A stretch of DNA of 64,000 nucleotides from Takakia lepidozioides. Taxonomy: Eukaryota > Plantae > Bryophyta. The stretch covers positions 2,232,001 through 2,296,000 of the forward strand of contig CM060733.1 of NCBI GenBank assembly GCA_030704615.1, read 5' to 3'. The position numbers and the translations under genes were made by a program. Positions 58,711 to 64,000 of this stretch are shown one piece after another. The first letter of the stretch is position 1, and each line of letters begins with the position of its first letter. The notes below the pieces were generated by a model, which worked only from the letters and a program-made list of their open reading frames with translations, was not told the DNA's origin and did not search any database.

Positions 58711-60219
58711 TCGTATCTGTGAGTGCCAGATACGAGTTAGTTGTAGCACTTGTGGTTTTTGCTTGAGAATGAGAGAAACCAAGTTGTTATGCAAGGAGCA
58801 CCATGGAGCTCTTGGTTGTTAGAAGCGGAGGCGATGTGGGTTATGAGGTGGTAGACCTTGGCATTCGATCTTCAGCTTCAGAGATGAAAGCACCATGTTG
58901 CAGGTAATTCCAGAGCACCTTGATGGTTTCAGATTGTGTACATGCATGAGCAAACACGATTGGGAAGAGGACCAGTCAAGAACAGGTTATAGTGGCTTTG
59001 GTGGCAAAGTGAGAACTGGACTTGGGAATGCGAGCTTCATTGTGTGAAGGATTGCAAGACCAAGCGAAAGGGCTGATTTGGCTTGGGGCAAATCAGTGCA
59101 CTTTGTGGAGTATGGTGAGATTGGGTTTCAATCTCGAGCTTCAGCATTGAGAGGGCTCTTGTCATGGCAAGAGCAGGGCTGGAACAGGAGCTAAGAGGTG
59201 CGGCAAGGCCATGGAATGTGCACCTAGGGTTTCAGAGCTTGGAAGAAGAGCTCTTGCACCACAAGAGAAGTGTCTTGTGGCTGGAAATGTAAGCCTTAGG
59301 GTTTCAGGAGCTTGGCAAAGGCTATGGAGTGCTTAGTCTTGTCTTAGAGAGCATCAAGGAGCCAAGGAGCCAAGATAGGGGGCTGATATCTCTTGTGTGA
59401 AGAGGTTGCATGTGTGGAGCATGTATTCAGCTCATTGAAGCTTCCATCTTCAAGCTTGGAGGGCAAGCAAGGAAGAGGGAAGGGCTGACTTCCCTTATGT
59501 GAGGGCAATGTATGTGTGGAGCATGCTATCAGCCTGGTGAAGGCTTGCACTTTTAGGTGTGGGAGTGCAAGAAAGGAAGGAAGGGCTGGTTTCCCTGTAG
59601 GGCATGGTAGAGCATGCTTTCAGCCTGCTGAAGCTTGTATTATCAGGTTTGTGGGTGCAAGAAATGAAGCAAAGGAGCTGATTCTCTTATGGTGAGAGTG
59701 GGGCATGTGTGGAGCATGCCTTCAGCCCATTGAGGCTCTTGTTTTCAAGCCTTAGAGAGCTAGAACAGAAGGTCTAGGGCTGGTTTCCACTTGGAGTGAA
59801 AGAACAGCACTTGTAGGGCCTATGTGAGTTGGGGTTTCAACTTCAAGCTTGAAGGGAGCGCAACTCTTGAAGCAACAGGTGTAGAGGGCTGGAAAGGCTC
59901 TAAGACAGATGCTATGGCCAATGAGAGTGCTTGAATGAGTGCTCACAAGGGCTGGGAACCAGCAGGGCTTGGTTGTTTGCCATTGAGTTTAGTGGCGTGT
60001 TTGGGGAGGCTAAGTGAGAAAGAAGGCTTGGTTTGTGGCAACCACCTCATGGCTTAGGGCTACTATGGTGGTGTGTGGGAGCCGAAAGAGCAAGGATACC
60101 TTGCTGATTTCCTCACAGCCACCATAGCTCGGTGGAAAGAAGCCTAGAGTCCAAGAGACACAAACCCTAGCTTGGCGTGGCTAAACCCCTTGGAGAAATG
60201 GCTAAACTGCCAGAGCGGC

Positions 60220-61340
60220 CATGTGTGGGGCTGTGACAGGCTGTGGAAGCTGTGTCAGGCTGTGACTCTGTGAGGGCTGTGTCAGGCTGTGTGGCGAGCT
60301 GTGAAGGGCTTGTGACGGGCTGTGCCCAGTGGCCTTGTGGGGCTGTGACGGGCTGTGATGGGCTGTGGCAGGCTGTGTGCCCAAGCTGTGACAGGCTGTG
60401 ACAGGCTGTGAGGCTGTGATGGGCTGTGACAGGCTGTGCCCTGTGCCCTGTGGGCTGTGTCAGGCTGTGACAGGCTGTGCCAGTGGCCTTTGGGGCTGTG
60501 ACGGGCTGTGCGGGGCTGTGACCGGCTGTGCCCATGGCCTTGGGGGCTGTGACAGGCCGTGCCCCTGGCCTTTGGGGATGTGTGACGGGCTGTGAGGGGC
60601 TGTGACAGGCCATGCCTGAGGCCTTTGAGGCTGTGTGGGCTGTGAAGGGCTGTGAGGCTGTGTGACAGGCTGTGCTGTGAGGCTGTGGGGCTGTGACGGG
60701 CTGTGCAGGCTGTGGCGGCTGTGACGGGCTGTGACGGCCGTGCCTGAGGCCTTTGAGGGGCTGTGACGGGCTGTGAGGGGCTGTGACAGGCCGTGCCCAT
60801 GGCCTTTGGGGCTGTGACGGGCTGTGAGGGGCTGTGACAGGCCGTGCCTGAGGCCTTTGGGGCTGTGACGGGCTGTGAGGGGCTGTGACAGGCCGTGCCC
60901 ATGGCCTTTGGGGCTGTGACGGGCTGTGAGGGGCTGTGACAGGCCGTGCCCATGGCCTTTGGGGCTGTGACGGGCTGTGAGGGGCTGTGACAGGCCGTGC
61001 CTGAGGCTTTGAGGCTGTGATGGGGCTGTGGCAAGCCGTGTGGACGGCTGTGATGGGGCTGTGATGGCTGTGACAGGCTGTGCCCTGTGCCTGTGGCTGT
61101 GACGGGCTGTGAGGGGCTGTGACAGGCCGTGCCCATGGCCTTTGGGGCTGTGACGGGCTGTGAGGGGCTGTGACAGGCCGTGCCTGAGGCCTTTGGGGCT
61201 GTGACGGGCTGTGAGGGGCTGTGACAGGCCGTGTGCCTTTGAGGGCTGTGACTGTGACTGTGAGGGGCTGTGACAGGCTGTGAGGGGCCAGGCTGTGAGT
61301 GGCCTGTGGGACTGTGACGGCTGTGACCAGTGAGCTGTGT
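60220..61340. repeat. GCTGTGA-based minisatellite with a 51-bp higher-order unit, inside the element leader
   Basis: GGGCTGTGACGGGCTGTGAGGGGCTGTGACAGGCCGTGCCCATGGCCTTTG repeated in tandem. Confidence 0.92.
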
Positions 61341-62063
61341 GGGCCTGTGCTGGTCTGTGGTGGCCCGTGTTGACCTGTGGACGGCCTGTGCTGACTCGTG
61401 GAGGCACTGGTGGACTGCCTAAGGACTGGCATGTGGTCTGGAAGGCCGAATTTTGAAGCTCGTGGAGGGCGGTTTGAGGAGTATCTTCATGATATTCCCA
61501 TGGTCATGCAAGTGAGGATAGAGAGGAGAGGCAGAGTGTTGGGATGAGAGCATGCTGGGGTTAGGCATTGCTTTAGCTTCTCTTCCTCGTAGTTTCCACC
61601 CTCTCATTAGGCCAAGACCTTTCCGTAGGTGGAGGCAAGAGTCAGTCCGGGTTTGGGCTGGGGTGTCCTTGCAGGAGCAACACCGTGGAGTTGTTTTTGG
61701 TGTGGGGGAGTTGTCGTCTGATTTCTTGTGTTTGGATCCCCTCCATACCTGCATGCTTGACTGTGCGCCATGCTAGTTTTGTGTGGGCGCTTGTTTTTAT
61801 AGGTGATTGGTCCGGATTTGATCACCGGCCAGTCCTAGAGCATGCTGTCGATGGTGAGGCTGGGGTGATGACCAGCCAGACCATCATTGTTTCTCCTGTG
61901 GTGAGGTTGGAGGTGATGACCAGCCAACCATAGGAGTGCTTGCGGTGGATGCAGGTACAGGTGTAGGCTATGTTAGGAACTTAGTATTCCAAACCATAAG
62001 CCGCAACAGGTTCTCTACCCGGTTACCTTGTGGAGAGGGGGTTAGGGACATGTTCATGACCGG

Positions 62064-63495
62064 TTGAGTGTCAACACGGAGGTGCCACTAGTTGCTGGGG
62101 ACAGTGCCGGTTCGAGCACTAGCGATACTAGTGGGTACACGAGACGAGGTGTGCGGTTTAGGCCACCTTCACCTCCTGTGTCTTCCACGGAAGGTTCTGA
62201 TTCGGATTGTGAATCAGGAGGACTCATACCGGCGGTGCAAGTTGTTTCTTTGCCATTGTTGTGGGACACAATGGAGGAGATGTATGGAGCTACCAAGGGC
62301 CACGAAGGTACTCTGGGGCGGTGGGCACCATCGAGTTGGATGATTTTATCCAAGAGTTTGATAGTTGGTGTGATTTGCAGCAAATGCGCAATCCACAACT
62401 ATTTACGCCTTTCATGGCATGGAAGGGGCTGTTTCAGCACCTTGAGGGCCGCCTATGGATGATTACCATGAGTTCAGGCGGGGGCATGAGGTTGAGATCG
62501 AGGAGTGGAGGATGTACTGGTCACCCGACTATGTCTCCATCACTAGGGGCACTAGAGCCACGAGGGCAGTGGCTACACCTGCCGCTGCACCGGCAGCTTC
62601 AGCAAGCAGCAGTGGGACTGGTGGTACAGTAGCTACGACGTCCACCCAAGCCACTACCGCACCAGCACTAGCACCCGTGCCTGCCTTCAACCCTGTTGTG
62701 GAGTTCTTCGAAGAGTTGAGAGGGAACTACCAAGGGGTGAGGACAGAGAAGTTGCGGAGCTTGCAAGAGTTCCAACGGAAGCCGACCGAGAGCTTGAGGG
62801 AGGCTTTCACTCGCATGAGGCGCTTGATAAATGTAACCCAAGGGGTTACGGAAGCTCAGGCAGTCCAATTCTGGTATGGGATATTGGACAAGGAGCTGAG
62901 GAGAAGGGTGCGGGATGCAACTCTCCTACAAGCGGCCCAACCCACCTTAGCAAATGTGTTTTTGCTGGCAGAGCGGATAGAGCTCAACATGGTGGAGGAA
63001 CGAGTGGTCATGGTGGGATTTGCTAAGGAGACACCACGGGGTAGTGGTGCTCCTAGCCAACCACTACCTCAACGTGCTCAAGGCAACAAGGGGGCTCAGG
63101 TGAAGCTCAGGGAAGGGCAGAGAGGACCTCAGATGCAGGGGTCTCTCCCTTCATTTGCTGGCCAACAACGGGCGGATGTGGTGTGCTGGACATGTGGAGG
63201 ACCCCATGTCAAGAAGGATTGTCCAGAGGGAGGCAAAGGGCCGGCACATGCACAGCCTGCACAGTTACAGTGTGGGCATTGTGGCAAGCACGGGCATGGA
63301 GAGGCTCAGTGTTATGGTTTGCATCCTGAGTTGCGCCCAGGCCAGTTCCAAGGGAACAATGGTGGCCGGGGGCGAGGTGGAGCAGCCCAGAGGGACGAGG
63401 TGGCCAGCCACGAGGCCAAGGGCAAGCTCAACGTGGCCAAGGACGCGGAGGTCAGGGTGTTGACCAAGGCATGGCCAACCGGCTTCAGCAGCTAG
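62064..63495 (+). CDS. Retrotransposon Gag with two CCHC-type zinc knuckles (frameshifted)
   Basis: RRYSG...LDDFIQEF, FQRKPTESLREAFTR, CWTCGGPHVKKDC and CGHCGKHGHGEAQC. Frameshifts near 62260 and 62450. Confidence 0.82.
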
Positions 63496-64000
63496 AGCAG
63501 AGGCTCGCTGCCATGGCTACAGCTCAGGTGGTACCGGCTCTAAGGCCGGATGGTCCACCTCCTGCTCCTGAGGGAGGAGATATGGGAGGCATGGGATTCA
63601 TGTGTGGAGCAGCACTACCACTAGTGCAGGTGGAGTCTGCTGCAGCCGTGACTCGAGGAGCAGCACGAGTTCCTGAGCCACGAGGTGCAGAGGTGGAGTT
63701 GGATCCACAGCGTGGGGAGGCAAGCCGTCAGGCTAGGCTTCCTCAGTCATTCACATTGGCGGAGACAGTGTCGACGCCATCCATGGCACCTAGTTCTCGC
63801 CCGACTGTTACCGAGGCGGAGGTTACTATGCCATTGGGGAGAGCTACACGGGTAGCACCACTACCTAGTGTTGCCAAGGCTACGGCAGCTAGTGTGCTGC
63901 TAGGAGCGGCCACATCTGTGTGCCAGGCTCCATTGTTCTCGGCTACCATGATTGCGACGCCGGGGGTAAGACCAGCTGAGGTGTTCAGGCTGGCAGCTAC

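Larger units (their letters stand above)
58374..64000 (+). mobile_element. Ty3/gypsy element 2 (same family as 34469-39580): 5' repeat B, long leader, gag; runs off the window
   Basis: 58374-58694 (TGTCAAG...TATCA) closely matches the reverse complement of 34647-34973. A gag-like ORF lies downstream. Confidence 0.88.

Noticed and set aside
60167-61432. Long Pro/Thr/His-rich ORFs (421, 315, 284 aa) on the minus strand
   Set aside because: All three frames are open only because the TCACAGC repeat lacks stop codons; this is a minisatellite artefact.

Overview
Eukaryotic nuclear DNA with GT-AG introns, most likely from a non-seed land plant (bryophyte-like; inferred from the NIP types and TE content). 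Host genes: two 5-exon NIP aquaporins, an intronless TAF8, two tandem TPD1-like secreted proteins, a DUF455 ferritin-like gene, a frameshifted TPR-SET (SDG35/ATXR1-like) gene and a 10-exon plastid cysteine desulfurase (NFS2/SufS). There is also a probable decayed glycine-rich (At1g27090-like) gene and a small unknown spliced gene. Between them lie LINE and SINE fragments, MITEs (hAT, Tourist, piggyBac-like), a Harbinger transposase and a kinase pseudogene between palindrome arrays. The standout is one Ty3/gypsy family seen as two complementary partial copies: a 3' half at 34.5-39.6 kb (minus) and a 5' half at 58.4-64 kb (plus). It encodes a DNMT3-like C5 DNA methyltransferase upstream of RT and a PHD finger after a DDE integrase. 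It has a self-complementary (Tf1-like) primer site instead of a tRNA PBS. Its termini appear split/permuted (B-PBS...PPT-A-B-A), an architecture I know only from tyrosine-recombinase retroelements. All calls come from reading the sequence by eye; no database searches were run.
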